A stretch of DNA of 64,000 nucleotides, from the sequence record DRR378314_1044; one strand, given 5' to 3'. This document shows, piece by piece, positions 31,480 through 41,654 of the stretch. Below the pieces are notes generated by a model, which saw nothing but the letters and a program-made list of their open reading frames with translations, was not told the origin of the DNA and ran no database searches. The position numbers and the translations under genes were made by a program. How positions within the stretch are numbered: position 1 is the stretch's first letter; each line of letters starts with the position of its first letter.

Positions 31480-32043
31480 TCATGTGCTGGAGGGCTCGTC
31501 GTCCGCAGGAAGTGCCCAATCGAAATCGCCCGCAAGGACTGTATCATCGTCAAGGGCATCCAAACGATGTCTGTTGTGTAACAAGTACAGCGCCAGAAGC
31601 CGTTCTCTTCCCGCCTCACTCAAAGCGTTTCGCTGGATGCAAGCAACTACCGCCCCCGTGGAATCTTCGCCGGAATTATAGACGGCCTCGGTAAGCGCCT
31701 TCCCAAGACCGTAATGAACTTCCGCAAGTTTGCGGACTTTGCGGGCAATAGAGGAATCGCCCACTCCGGTTTCCCGATAGGCCGCGTCGAACTGGTCCAA
31801 CACTGTGGTATTGAGCCGTTCGGCAATTTTCCTCGCACGCGTCGTGTTGATTCGCCGGAGACGGCCGAGCACTAGCGTGGCGTGAACCGTAATCATCGCG
31901 GCACGGCCTTCAAAACTGTCTATCGCGGCCTCTTGTTCGTACAAATCTGGTCTCAGCGATGCCGCAGCCATACTGGAATACAGGGAGTCTGAAGACTTTC
32001 GAATCTGTTTGCTGTCACTGTTCCAAAACTTGGGAAACGCCAT
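31480..32043 (-). CDS. Ubiquinol-cytochrome c chaperone family (Cbp3-like)
   Basis: DSFEGR..VHA, YRETGVGDSSIARKVRKL; located between bamE and plsX. Confidence 0.8.
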   Translation of the reverse strand: MAFPKFWNSDSKQIRKSSDSLYSSMAAASLRPDLYEQEAAIDSFEGRAAMITVHATLVLGRLRRINTTRARKIAERLNTTVLDQFDAAYRETGVGDSSIARKVRKLAEVHYGLGKALTEAVYNSGEDSTGAVVACIQRNALSEAGRERLLALYLLHNRHRLDALDDDTVLAGDFDWALPADDEPSST

Positions 32044-32121
32044 CAAACCTGCACTCCTCCGCTTGCCAAGACGTGCCACCAACAGCTAGGTCTTTCGTGT
32101 CGAATTAACAGGAGTAGTCCT

Positions 32122-32598
32122 ATGTCGCGATGCGCGATACTGGCACTGTCACTTGTGGCTCTGCCTCTTACAGCCTGCCTCACGCCCTCGCGTGACTATC
32201 ATGGCTATGTGGCTGATGAGGCACAACCCCGGGAAATGAAACCTGGCGAAGACACTCGGTCGAGCGTTCTGGCGCAACTCGGCTCGCCTTCGACGACAAG
32301 CATTTTCGACGAGAACACCTGGATCTACATGTCCGAACTCCAGGAACGCGTCGCGTATTTGAACCCGAAGGTCAAATCTCGCAGTATCGTGGCCATCCGA
32401 TTCGGAGAGGATGACGCGGTAGAGGAAGTGGTAGAATACGACGAGAATGCAGGCCAAATCGTCAATTACGCCTCTCGCGAAACACCCACACGGGGACGCG
32501 AACTCGGCTTCTGGGAACAAATCTTCGGCACAATCGGAGCCGTTCAGCTGCCACGAACTGATGAGGCTACACCGGACAATCCAACTGGTCGCCGGTAG
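32122..32598 (+). CDS. bamE: Outer membrane protein assembly factor BamE
   Basis: Lipobox LTAC, HGY, LGSPS, WIY, RETPTRGREL. Confidence 0.9.
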   Translation: MSRCAILALSLVALPLTACLTPSRDYHGYVADEAQPREMKPGEDTRSSVLAQLGSPSTTSIFDENTWIYMSELQERVAYLNPKVKSRSIVAIRFGEDDAVEEVVEYDENAGQIVNYASRETPTRGRELGFWEQIFGTIGAVQLPRTDEATPDNPTGRR

Positions 32599-32829
32599 CC
32601 AATTCATTGCAGCTGGAATTCGCTCGGTCCAACCGAGATAGATCGCCTTTGCCACGATTTAATAGAATCGAACTCGCGCAACGGAAGAATATGCGTTAAC
32701 ATATTCGAGTTGTTGGCCGGATAGGCGCAGGAAATGCGGAAGATATTTCAAGCCGTCCGCCAGAATTGGCGTCGATGAATCGAGTGGGTCACCCCTCGTA
32801 GGCTTCGCCATTACAGCAGGAGGTTGGTG

Positions 32830-33030
32830 ATGGTTTGGAGACTTCCCTTTTTGCGCAAGACGCTGAATTCACTTCAGCTGTCGAGTCGGAGTACGCCGAC
32901 ACTTCGCTCTAGAAATAACGACGCTCGTCACAAAGGTGAGGCGGCGAAGGACTTAGCACGGAAACGCCTCGATCAGGCAGACGCGTTTTCTGAATCCCGA
33001 AAACTGGATATATCTCAGCAGCTCGGCTGA
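32830..33030 (+). CDS. Small basic hypothetical protein (66 aa)
   Basis: AGGAGG at 32818-32823, 6 nt before ATG; no recognised motif. Confidence 0.45.
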   Translation: MVWRLPFLRKTLNSLQLSSRSTPTLRSRNNDARHKGEAAKDLARKRLDQADAFSESRKLDISQQLG

Positions 33031-33032
33031 TT

Positions 33033-33221
33033 TCAGCTCGTCTGTTTGTCCTGATTGGATTTTTCTTTTAGCCGCAGCTCATCCAGCAAATCCAGAAGAT
33101 GCTGAGGGCACGGCTCGTTGAGCACACTGGCGTATGCATCCCGCAGTGCTGACCCAAGTTGGCGACCACGCTTCAAGTCCAGTTCGATAACGTCTGGCGA
33201 GTGTCTCGCGGCCTTTCCCAT
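33033..33221 (-). CDS. NepR-family anti-sigma factor-like protein
   Basis: LGSALRDAYASVLNEPCPQHLLDLLDEL matches NepR core (G..LR..Y..V..EP.P..L.DLL..L); GGGGAG RBS. Confidence 0.8.
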   Translation of the reverse strand: MGKAARHSPDVIELDLKRGRQLGSALRDAYASVLNEPCPQHLLDLLDELRLKEKSNQDKQTS

Positions 33222-33305
33222 GTGTGACTCCCCCCGAAATCCCCTCGCATACCCGACCGCCCAATCCGATCAACCACGCTATTAAATAATTAGCACTGAA
33301 AAGGA

Positions 33306-33320
33306 TTAATATGCGCTTAC
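33306..33320. promoter_or_regulatory. CtrA-like site TTAA-N7-TTAC
   Basis: TTAATATGCGCTTAC, one mismatch to TTAA-N7-TTAA, in an AT-rich divergent intergenic region. Confidence 0.35.
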
Positions 33321-33459
33321 AATTCATCCTGTCCGAGAAAAATACATAAATATGTATCTCGAATATTCTACGGGACCGGAAGCCGTGCGAGCTTGGATTA
33401 TGACTAGCTAACCTGCCGCCACGGAGCGGGTGGACATTCAATGCACGCATGTTGACTAT

Positions 33460-34332
33460 ATGAGCATGATCCATGGTCCCACTTCGCAAACATATATTTC
33501 GCAACGCCTCCGTCTTCATTATGCCGACTGGGGGAATGAAGGCGCGCCTCCCCTGATCCTGCTTCACGGCGGGCGAGACCATTGCCGCAGTTGGGACTGG
33601 ACAGCTCAGGAATTGCGACAGGACTGGCACGTTATCGCACCCGATCTTCGCGGACATGGTGACAGTGCCTGGTCTGCAGATGGAGAGTATTCTGCGCGCG
33701 CTTGCGTTTATGATTTCGCACAGCTGATACATCAGAAGAAACTCGCGCCAGTGACAATCGTCGCGCACTCTTATGGCGGGAATATCGCACTCCGATATGC
33801 GGGCATTTACCCAGAAAATGTTCGCAAACTCGTCGCGATCGAAGGTCTTGGACCTTCACCCAAAATGCTGGAAGAACGCTTCGGACGACCAATCGACGAA
33901 CGCATGCGCGAGTGGATCGAAGCAAAGCGCGGTATCGCTGGCCGAGTGCCAAAACGATACGCCAGCCTAGAAGACGCCTTTACGCGCATGAAAGAAGAAA
34001 ACAGCTATCTGAATGACGAACAGGCACGCCATCTAACCGTCCACGGAATCAGCCAAAATGAAGATGGCACCTGGTCTTGGAAATTTGACAACTACTTCCG
34101 CACATTTCCACCATACGACATGGCGCATGCAGATCTTGAATACCTTTGGGGTCAGATCACCTGCCCTACGCTTCTGCTGTACGGCGAGAAAAGTTGGGCT
34201 TCGAATCCTGCGAAAGACGGGCGTCTCCAGAATTTCCAAAACGCTGAAGTCAAACTGTACCAAGATGCAGGACACTGGCTGCACCATGACAAATTTGACC
34301 AATTCATCTCGGACCTGAATTCTTTTTTGTAG
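33460..34332 (+). CDS. Alpha/beta hydrolase
   Basis: LHG, DLRGHGDS, AHSYGG, AGHWLHHD. Confidence 0.9.
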   Translation: MSMIHGPTSQTYISQRLRLHYADWGNEGAPPLILLHGGRDHCRSWDWTAQELRQDWHVIAPDLRGHGDSAWSADGEYSARACVYDFAQLIHQKKLAPVTIVAHSYGGNIALRYAGIYPENVRKLVAIEGLGPSPKMLEERFGRPIDERMREWIEAKRGIAGRVPKRYASLEDAFTRMKEENSYLNDEQARHLTVHGISQNEDGTWSWKFDNYFRTFPPYDMAHADLEYLWGQITCPTLLLYGEKSWASNPAKDGRLQNFQNAEVKLYQDAGHWLHHDKFDQFISDLNSFL

Positions 34333-34411
34333 ATTCCTCTCCCTAGGACACAGGTGGCGCCGCAGGCTGACGGCGGTACACTCCCCCTTCTTCAAAAACA
34401 GGGGAAACGTC

Positions 34412-35152
34412 ATGACTGATCCATTGCTGAACTTCACAGGTAAAGTTGCCCTTATAACCGGCGGAAGCCGAGGACTTGGCTATCAGATGGCCATAGCTCT
34501 CGCTGAAAGAGGAGCCGACATCATCGTCGCGAGCCGCAAACTTGAAGCGTGCGAGGCGGCGGCGGACGATATCCGCAAATTGGGAAGGCGCGCTCTTGCT
34601 GTCGCCGCGCACTGCGGAAAATGGGACGAGATTGATCGTTTGGTTGAAACGGCATATACAGAATTTGGGCGTGTAGACATTCTGATCAACAATGCCGGAA
34701 TGGGGCCTCGCATGGCTAGCCATGACGTGCCTGAAAACCTGTACGACAGTATACTGAATTTGAATTTGAAAGGCCCCTACCGCCTCGCAAGCGCCCTCGG
34801 TGAGCGCATGAAGTCACAAGGGTGCGGCAGTATCCTGAACATTTCGTCTGTTGCAGCACTTCAGCCCCTTGCCCAAGTCGTTCCTTACAGCGCCGCCAAG
34901 GCAGGGCTTAACGCCATGACCGTCGGCATGGCCAAAGAGTACGCCCCTGAAGTCCGGGTGAATTGTATTTGCGCCGGCCCTTTCCTGACGGATATAGCCG
35001 AAGCGTGGACAGAAGAGGCCCGTCAATCTGCCGATAACGCGCTAGGCAGACCAGGACGACCGGAGGAGATTGTGTCGGCGGCACTCTACCTTCTGAGCGA
35101 TGCCGCAAGCTTCTCAACAGGCTCAATCATCACGGTCGACGGCGGAGTTTAA
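34412..35152 (+). CDS. SDR family oxidoreductase
   Basis: TGGSRGLG, NNAG, YSAAK. Confidence 0.92.
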   Translation: MTDPLLNFTGKVALITGGSRGLGYQMAIALAERGADIIVASRKLEACEAAADDIRKLGRRALAVAAHCGKWDEIDRLVETAYTEFGRVDILINNAGMGPRMASHDVPENLYDSILNLNLKGPYRLASALGERMKSQGCGSILNISSVAALQPLAQVVPYSAAKAGLNAMTVGMAKEYAPEVRVNCICAGPFLTDIAEAWTEEARQSADNALGRPGRPEEIVSAALYLLSDAASFSTGSIITVDGGV

Positions 35153-36316
35153 TCTATCCCCAGCCCAAGTTCAGAGAGCACAATTTCTGTATGCTCACCA
35201 ATTCTGGGAGCGGGTGAAATTTCTCTTTCTGGCTGACCGCGGAACACGACTGGAGGTTGGGTTTCCCAATATCCGCCTTCAGTTGGGTGCTCACGTCTCT
35301 TGAAAAAGTTTGTGGCAATCAGATGAGGGTCCTTCTGGAGATCCGGAAAGTCATTCACACGAGCAGCCGGAATGTCAGCCTTTCCCAACTCATCCAGCCA
35401 ATACTCAGTTGGCTGCTTTTCAAAATACTCCTGAACACGCTCCATCATATAGTCTTGGTTGAAGAACCGACCCTTGCGATCAGATATTCTTTCATCCTCC
35501 AGCTCGTGCGGCGCCCCCATGACATCAAACAGCTTGATCCACCGAGCATCCACATAAGGTGCGATCACAATCCAGCCATTTGACGTTTTGAGGGGCTGCC
35601 GTGATGGATCAACCTGCCGCTGATAAAGGAACGGTCCGACTGGTGGATCGAACTCCGCCTCGTAAAAGTGTTCTTCCAGAAGGAAATGCGTGACGCACTC
35701 AAACATTGGAACTTCCACATGAACAGCTTCCCCTGTTCGATCACGATGGTGCAAGGCCGCCAGCGTCGCATACATTGCATGCATTCCGGATACCTTGTCA
35801 GCAAACGCTGTCGGGATGAACCGGGGGCGTTCATTTCCGTCAACTTTGGGCAATAGCATCGTCGCGCCGGACAGGCCCTGGATCAGGTCGTCATAGGCTG
35901 GACGACCGGCGTACGGGCCATCAGACCCAAAGCCCAGACAGTGCACATAAACGATGTCAGGCTTGATGGCCTTTACCTCATCGAATGTCAGGCCGAGCCG
36001 GGCCACGGCGTCTGGCCGAATGTTGTGAATGAATACGTCACTTTCACCGATGAGTCTCCGGATGGCCGCCTTCCCCTCATCTGATTTGAGGTCCCAGACG
36101 ACAGACCTTTTTCCGCGATTTATGGTAAGGTGGCATGGCCCCATGTTCCGATTGTTGGCGGGCTTACCAACGTTTCGAAAGTCATCCCCCCCCCTGCGGC
36201 TCCACTTTGACAACGTCTGCTCCAAGGTCTGCCAATGTCTGGGTGCAATATGGCCCGAATATCACGGTCGTCATATCAGCGATCTTGATATCTGACAGAA
36301 TATTGGTGCCGGGCAT
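35149..36316 (-). pseudogene. CaiB/BaiF CoA-transferase, frameshifted in a G9 run
   Basis: AGGAGG RBS, then [44 protein letters not shown] ; the rest (GDDFR..NRGKRS..GRPAYD) is in another frame; one extra G at 36186-36194. Confidence 0.85.
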
Positions 36317-36641
36317 TCGCACTTCCTCCTACGCGTTCATTTCCACGGATCAGTCGTCCGCCATCGTCGCGGAGAATTAGAGAAGGTGTCGTTGGGACAG
36401 ACAAGCGATCAAACGAAAAATCACGGGAGATTCAGTTGTTCTTGATCTCGTCATCTGAGGCTTTGAGCCAGCGTTCGGTCCATCCTGGGAACATGCGGTA
36501 AATCGAGAAATATCTTGCCTTCGAAGACCATTGATTAAGCTTGTAGTCAGGAGATGCACGGACAATCAAAATTAGTATACCGGGACGCCGCCACGCCCAT
36601 GGAAGAGTTTCCAAGTCGGATACGTCATACAAATGACCGCT

Positions 36642-36679
36642 ATGCAATCGATTGCATTTTTCTGTTGCAATCGATTGCA
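36642..36679. promoter_or_regulatory. Tandem LacI-type operators
   Basis: ATGCAATCGATTGCAT (36642-36657) and TGCAATCGATTGCA (36666-36679): perfect palindromes with central CG. Confidence 0.85.
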
Positions 36680-36764
36680 GTCGATGCCTATAAGGCAATA
36701 TGCCGGATTTCCGGATGAGATATCGACTGGTGAAAACACCAGCAGTGACAGGGAGGAAGAAGTC

Positions 36765-39236
36765 ATGTCGATCACTCGCAATTCTCTTTTGTTGAGCGCC
36801 GGCGCCGTCGCGCTCGTCTATGGCGCGTCTGCGCAAGACGCTATTGAGGCCACCGAATCCGAGGCTCGTCAGGAAGTCGTGGTCGTGACCGGCGTGGTAA
36901 AAGCTGGTGGTCAAAACCGATTGGACAGCTCTATCTCTGTCAGCAGTCTCGACCAGTCGGAACTCATGAAGACCGCTCCCCGGAGCACATCCGAAATATT
37001 CCGCGCCCTGCCCGGCATTCGCGCTGAAAGTTCAGCTGGAGGCGGCAATTCCAATATCGCGGTGCGCGGCATGCCACTGTCCACTGGCGGCGCTAAATAT
37101 GTCAGCCTGCAGGAAGATGGCCTCCCAATCCTTCTATTTGGCGACTTCGACTTCGGCCCAGCAGACGGGTTCTACAAAGTGGACAGCACGCTCGATCGTG
37201 TAGAATCAGTCCGCGGAGGCACGGCCTCCACGCTGACCACGAATGGCCCCGGCGGCATCATCAATTTCATCTCAAAAACCGGTAGTGCCGAAGGCGGATC
37301 AATCGCACTCAGCACAGGCCTGGATCATGACGACTATCGCGCTGATTTCGAGTATGGCGGCTCATTGTCTGACAGCCTGTATTTCCATGTCGGTGGCCAC
37401 TGGCAGCAAGGTGGCGACTACCGCGATCTGGGGTTTGACGCAGTAAGTGGCGGCCAAATTCGCGCCAGTTTGACCAAGGAATTTGAAAGTGGCTTCATCA
37501 GGGTCAATACAAAATGGCTCGACAAGGCCGACGCCACCTACATGCCGCAGGCGGCAGGTCTGTCAGGCAATGAAGTCACTGACAGCATAGCCGGGTTTTC
37601 CGCCACCAATGACAGCCTTCATAGCCCCTTCATCCGCAATGGTCGCGATGTGGACGGCGAAAACACAGTCAACAACTACGATCTGGCTGATGGCATCCGC
37701 ACCCAGCTCAAGTCATTGGGAGTACAGGCGAATTTTGATATCGGCGCAGGTATCAATCTGGACGCCAAGGCACGCTACCAAGACATCTCAGGATATTTCA
37801 ATGCCCCCTTCACGCACGCTGTCAGCGACGCGGACACCCTGCTCGCCGGCACCTATGGGGGCGCGACAGCAAGCTTTTTCAACGGCCCCGGCACGGGCAA
37901 TCCGGTCACGTCGGACACCTTGCTCGCTGCAACTGGCAATTCGCTGATCTCTGAAGTCGCCTATTTCAACACAGATCTCGACGATATGAGCAATTTCGCT
38001 AGCGAATTGCGTGCGTCGAAATCTCTGTCGCTGGACGGGTCAACACTTGACCTGACCGCAGGCTATTTCTTCATGAATCAGAAGTTCGTCCAGGATTGGC
38101 ATTGGAATCGCTTCCTGACGTCAACAGATACCAATGCGTCGCTGATCGACATCGCTGGCTTCACTGACAACGGCATTCTGGGCTACAATCAAGCTTTCGG
38201 ATGGACGGGCACCAACCGAAATTATGATCTCGAATACCAAGCGCGCGCGCCATTTGTTGCCGCAAACTGGGCACTGGACAATGGCCTGACGCTCGACGGA
38301 TCCATCCGACTGGACACATTGGAGCAGACCGGCACCCGCACCGAAGGTGCACCCGGCGCATTTGATGTCGATGGTGACGGGGTCATTGATGCGCCGGAGA
38401 CATCGGTCTCGCTCAATACCGGGCTCGGAGGCGTAGCGAACTTCGAAGTAGACCATACGTCTTTCACGCTTGGCGCAAACTACCTGATCTCGGAATCATT
38501 GTCGGTGTTCGGACGCTATAGCGAGGGAGCGGCCTTTAATGGCGAGCGTCAACTGTTTAATTCGCTCAACGCCGGCGGAGGGCTCGTCCCAGGTGGAGAA
38601 GAAACCTATGTGGATGAAACCCAACAGTTCGAGGCAGGTCTGAAATGGCAGGAATCCGGCGACGCCGTTCCAGGCCAGCTCGATCTCTACGTCACCTATT
38701 TCAACGCTGAAACGAAGGAAGACAACTACGAGATCACAACGATGACCGCACTGGGCAACACATACGTTTCCCAAGGCATCGAGACAGAACTCAACTACGC
38801 CTATGAAGGGTTCGACCTTAGCGGATCTGTCACGTTCACAGATGCAGAAATCGACGCGAGCGACACGGCACCGACAAATGTGGGCAACACGCCGCGCCGT
38901 CAAGCGGATTGGATATGGTCGCTGACGCCATCCTATACAATTGATGGCCTCGGCCGTATTGGCGTGAACTTCACCGGCACGACTGACACTTACGTCGATG
39001 ACGATAACGTCTACGTCATGCCAGGTGCCACGGTGACAAATCTCTTCGCTGATTGGGACATCACCGACCAGGCAACGCTTTCCATTGGCGTCAACAATGT
39101 CTTTGACGAAGTGCTGTTCACTGAAGCAGAAAATGGACGCGTTTTCGACACGGACGGCAACGGAACACCCGACGTAATTGTAGCTCGCTCCATCAACGGA
39201 ACTTCTGCGACCGCAACTTTGCGCTACAGATTCTGA
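36765..39236 (+). CDS. TonB-dependent receptor (sugar, probably sucrose/fructoside)
   Basis: Signal peptide, EVVVVTG TonB box, plug VESVRGG..GGIINFI, C-terminal YRF; GGGAGG RBS. Confidence 0.92.
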   Translation: MSITRNSLLLSAGAVALVYGASAQDAIEATESEARQEVVVVTGVVKAGGQNRLDSSISVSSLDQSELMKTAPRSTSEIFRALPGIRAESSAGGGNSNIAVRGMPLSTGGAKYVSLQEDGLPILLFGDFDFGPADGFYKVDSTLDRVESVRGGTASTLTTNGPGGIINFISKTGSAEGGSIALSTGLDHDDYRADFEYGGSLSDSLYFHVGGHWQQGGDYRDLGFDAVSGGQIRASLTKEFESGFIRVNTKWLDKADATYMPQAAGLSGNEVTDSIAGFSATNDSLHSPFIRNGRDVDGENTVNNYDLADGIRTQLKSLGVQANFDIGAGINLDAKARYQDISGYFNAPFTHAVSDADTLLAGTYGGATASFFNGPGTGNPVTSDTLLAATGNSLISEVAYFNTDLDDMSNFASELRASKSLSLDGSTLDLTAGYFFMNQKFVQDWHWNRFLTSTDTNASLIDIAGFTDNGILGYNQAFGWTGTNRNYDLEYQARAPFVAANWALDNGLTLDGSIRLDTLEQTGTRTEGAPGAFDVDGDGVIDAPETSVSLNTGLGGVANFEVDHTSFTLGANYLISESLSVFGRYSEGAAFNGERQLFNSLNAGGGLVPGGEETYVDETQQFEAGLKWQESGDAVPGQLDLYVTYFNAETKEDNYEITTMTALGNTYVSQGIETELNYAYEGFDLSGSVTFTDAEIDASDTAPTNVGNTPRRQADWIWSLTPSYTIDGLGRIGVNFTGTTDTYVDDDNVYVMPGATVTNLFADWDITDQATLSIGVNNVFDEVLFTEAENGRVFDTDGNGTPDVIVARSINGTSATATLRYRF

Positions 39237-39275
39237 TCCACCCAGATCAGGAAGCTGCGTATCCCCCTGCGCAGC

Positions 39276-39310
39276 AAGGCCCGCCTACTCCCGCAGGCGG
39301 GCCTTTTATT
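39276..39310 (+). terminator. Rho-independent terminator after TBDR
   Basis: AAGGCCCGCCT-ACTCCCGC-AGGCGGGCCTT-TTATT. Confidence 0.85.
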
Positions 39311-39509
39311 TGCGCCACATGTCAGTACTGTATTGGCCTAACACTCAGCTGTTGAATCACACGCCAATTGAATTTGCATAAGTAATTTCTTGATTTATTC
39401 TGCGTATTCAAGTCAGTAACTGGCGTCGAATAGCTGCGCCAGGAACGCAACCATGGTCAGATGCGGCCAGCCAAACAAGACACAGCCAGTAGAAGGGAAG
39501 ATAAGCCAA

Positions 39510-40559
39510 ATGAATGATCACGTGGCAAAATCATCCAGAAAAATGACAATGGCTGAGTTGGCCAAGCTAGCCGATGTAGATGTTTCCACTGTCTCTCGCG
39601 CACTGAATGACAGCCCCTTGGTCAAGGAAGAGACCAAGAAGCAGATCATGAAGATTGCTGCAGAGACCGGCTATGCAGTTAACGCATCCGCTCGAAATCT
39701 GCGCCGACAATCGTCTGAAGCCTTGGGAATCGTGATTCCCCTTCGGCCGGAGTCCGGTCAGACGATCTCGGACCCGTTCTACCTGGAAATGGTCGGTGCG
39801 GTCAGCAAGGCCGCATCCGCCAACGGATATGATCTGATTGTCAGCATTCCGCGAGAAGACGAAACGATTGCTGAACGCCGTCTCCTACAAACTGGAAAAG
39901 CCGACGGTCTGATCGTGATCGGCCAGGCTGGCATGTCCAAGCGACTTGAACACATAGGCCCGCTTGCTTCGAAAATAGTCGTTTGGGGCGGACAGACCGG
40001 GCACACAAACTACACCCTCGTCGGGAGTGACAATGTGGATGGCGGTCGGCTTGCAGCTGATCACCTGATCTCGATTGGTCGATCACAGATACTTTTTCTT
40101 GGGCCCATCAATCTGCCAGAGGTAAAGTTGAGACACCAAGGATTCCTGGAAGCCCACGCGAAACATGGAAAGCACTGGGACACCAACTTATTGCTGGAGA
40201 TTGAGTTTGGCGGCCGCAATGCCTTTGAAGCCGTGATCGCAATGCTGGATTCCGGCACCAAATTTGACGCCATCTTCGCCGCCTCAGACGTGCTCGCGAT
40301 GGCTGCCCTGATGGCACTGACATCCCGCGGCATCCGCGTTCCCGAAGACGTCGCTGTGACGGGTTATGATAATATCAGCCAGGCCAGCACAACGACTCCT
40401 CCACTGACAACGATTGATCAGAATATTGAACAAGGTGGACGCATGATGGTGGAGAAACTGCTTGCGCAACTCTCAGGAGAATCCGTCAAATCGGAATTGA
40501 CACCTACCCGCCTGATTGTTCGGGAATCCACTTCGGGCGAGGCACAGCCTACTCAGTAG
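39510..40559 (+). CDS. LacI family transcriptional regulator
   Basis: TMAELAKLADVDVSTVSRALN HTH, AIFAASD, VPEDVAVTGYD, PPLTTI. Confidence 0.95.
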   Translation: MNDHVAKSSRKMTMAELAKLADVDVSTVSRALNDSPLVKEETKKQIMKIAAETGYAVNASARNLRRQSSEALGIVIPLRPESGQTISDPFYLEMVGAVSKAASANGYDLIVSIPREDETIAERRLLQTGKADGLIVIGQAGMSKRLEHIGPLASKIVVWGGQTGHTNYTLVGSDNVDGGRLAADHLISIGRSQILFLGPINLPEVKLRHQGFLEAHAKHGKHWDTNLLLEIEFGGRNAFEAVIAMLDSGTKFDAIFAASDVLAMAALMALTSRGIRVPEDVAVTGYDNISQASTTTPPLTTIDQNIEQGGRMMVEKLLAQLSGESVKSELTPTRLIVRESTSGEAQPTQ

Positions 40560-41646
40560 AAAGATCTAATTCTGGCAGCTCTATTTGGCGGACCGGCGGG
40601 AAGCTCAATTGTGCATCTTCGCCTGCACGCTCCGTAAACGGCCCAACAATCGTCGCACTTCCATTCGTCAAATCATGGGAGAGCATGCTCGCACCAAACA
40701 TGCAGTCCAGCCCGCCCAATACACTCCCGGATTTCGAGCAAGGTCGCCAAGAGCCATCCAGCGCACTTGAAAGATAAAGACGCTGCTGCATCTCAACTTC
40801 GCTATCCGGCTGCCCCTCATACATTCGATTGCATGCGGAGATCAAAAGCAACCAATTGTCCGTTTCGGCATCATAGTACAGCTTTGGCACCTCGGACTGA
40901 CTGTACTCATGGGCATCCGGAAGAAGGATGGGGGGCATAAGGTCAGCGCTCACCTCTCCGCCCTCATCCCGATATATGACCGCACGCGCAATTGCAGGCA
41001 CCGCGGGCCCGACCTTTGCTGACCAGAATGCGTTCAATTGTCCATCTTTGTCTCGCACCAAGAACGGATCTCGCCAGGCCATGATTGGCCCACCCTCTTC
41101 CCCTGCGCTATCTCCAAGCCGATCACGCGGTCCGAGATAGAAGCCCAACGCCGTGATCTTTTCATAGTCGCGCATGGGGCAACTAATTGTCTGCACGCTT
41201 CCACTTTCGACTGTGCCATCAGGCTGGCAAGCGCCAATGCAAATCGTCTGTAGAAAAGCGCGGTCGTCAGCGACATCTCGGATGCCGGTATAACCGAACA
41301 GCACACTTCCATCAGTGTTCTGGAGAACGGAGCCGCTCCATACGTTATGGGCGTCCGCACCATCTGGCGCACTTCCCGGCTCGATTGCGACCCCACAATC
41401 AGTCCACGTAGCCCCCGCATCCAATGAACTGAAGTGGCGCACATGAAAGCTGTGATCGTTGCGCCGCGACGGTTGAATCTTGCCTCCATCGAGGCTCCGC
41501 CTACTCAACGCAAGGCAATACAAATGCAACGCACCATCCTCGGTTTTCTCTGTCCAGGAATCCCATAGCCACAGATCGGGATGACGAATTCCCCCGACAA
41601 ACGGCGTTTCGCTTGGCGCTGGTATGGGAGCGGTACGACGAACCAT
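40549..41646 (-). CDS. GH68/GH32-like beta-fructofuranosidase, no signal peptide
   Basis: Clan GH-J motifs LWDSW, WSGS, WRDPF, SEVP. Confidence 0.78.
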   Translation of the reverse strand: MVRRTAPIPAPSETPFVGGIRHPDLWLWDSWTEKTEDGALHLYCLALSRRSLDGGKIQPSRRNDHSFHVRHFSSLDAGATWTDCGVAIEPGSAPDGADAHNVWSGSVLQNTDGSVLFGYTGIRDVADDRAFLQTICIGACQPDGTVESGSVQTISCPMRDYEKITALGFYLGPRDRLGDSAGEEGGPIMAWRDPFLVRDKDGQLNAFWSAKVGPAVPAIARAVIYRDEGGEVSADLMPPILLPDAHEYSQSEVPKLYYDAETDNWLLLISACNRMYEGQPDSEVEMQQRLYLSSALDGSWRPCSKSGSVLGGLDCMFGASMLSHDLTNGSATIVGPFTERAGEDAQLSFPPVRQIELPELDLSTE

Positions 41647-41654
41647 AAAATTTC

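Noticed and set aside
31402-31480. yceD/rpmF upstream of plsX
   Set aside because: Gap too short and no such ORF; absence is not unusual in Alphaproteobacteria
33079-33768. 229-aa minus-strand ORF
   Set aside because: Overlaps the NepR-like gene and the hydrolase; no protein-like signal
36377-36914. Short ORFs upstream of the sugar TBDR
   Set aside because: No RBS or motifs; they overlap the operators and the TBDR start
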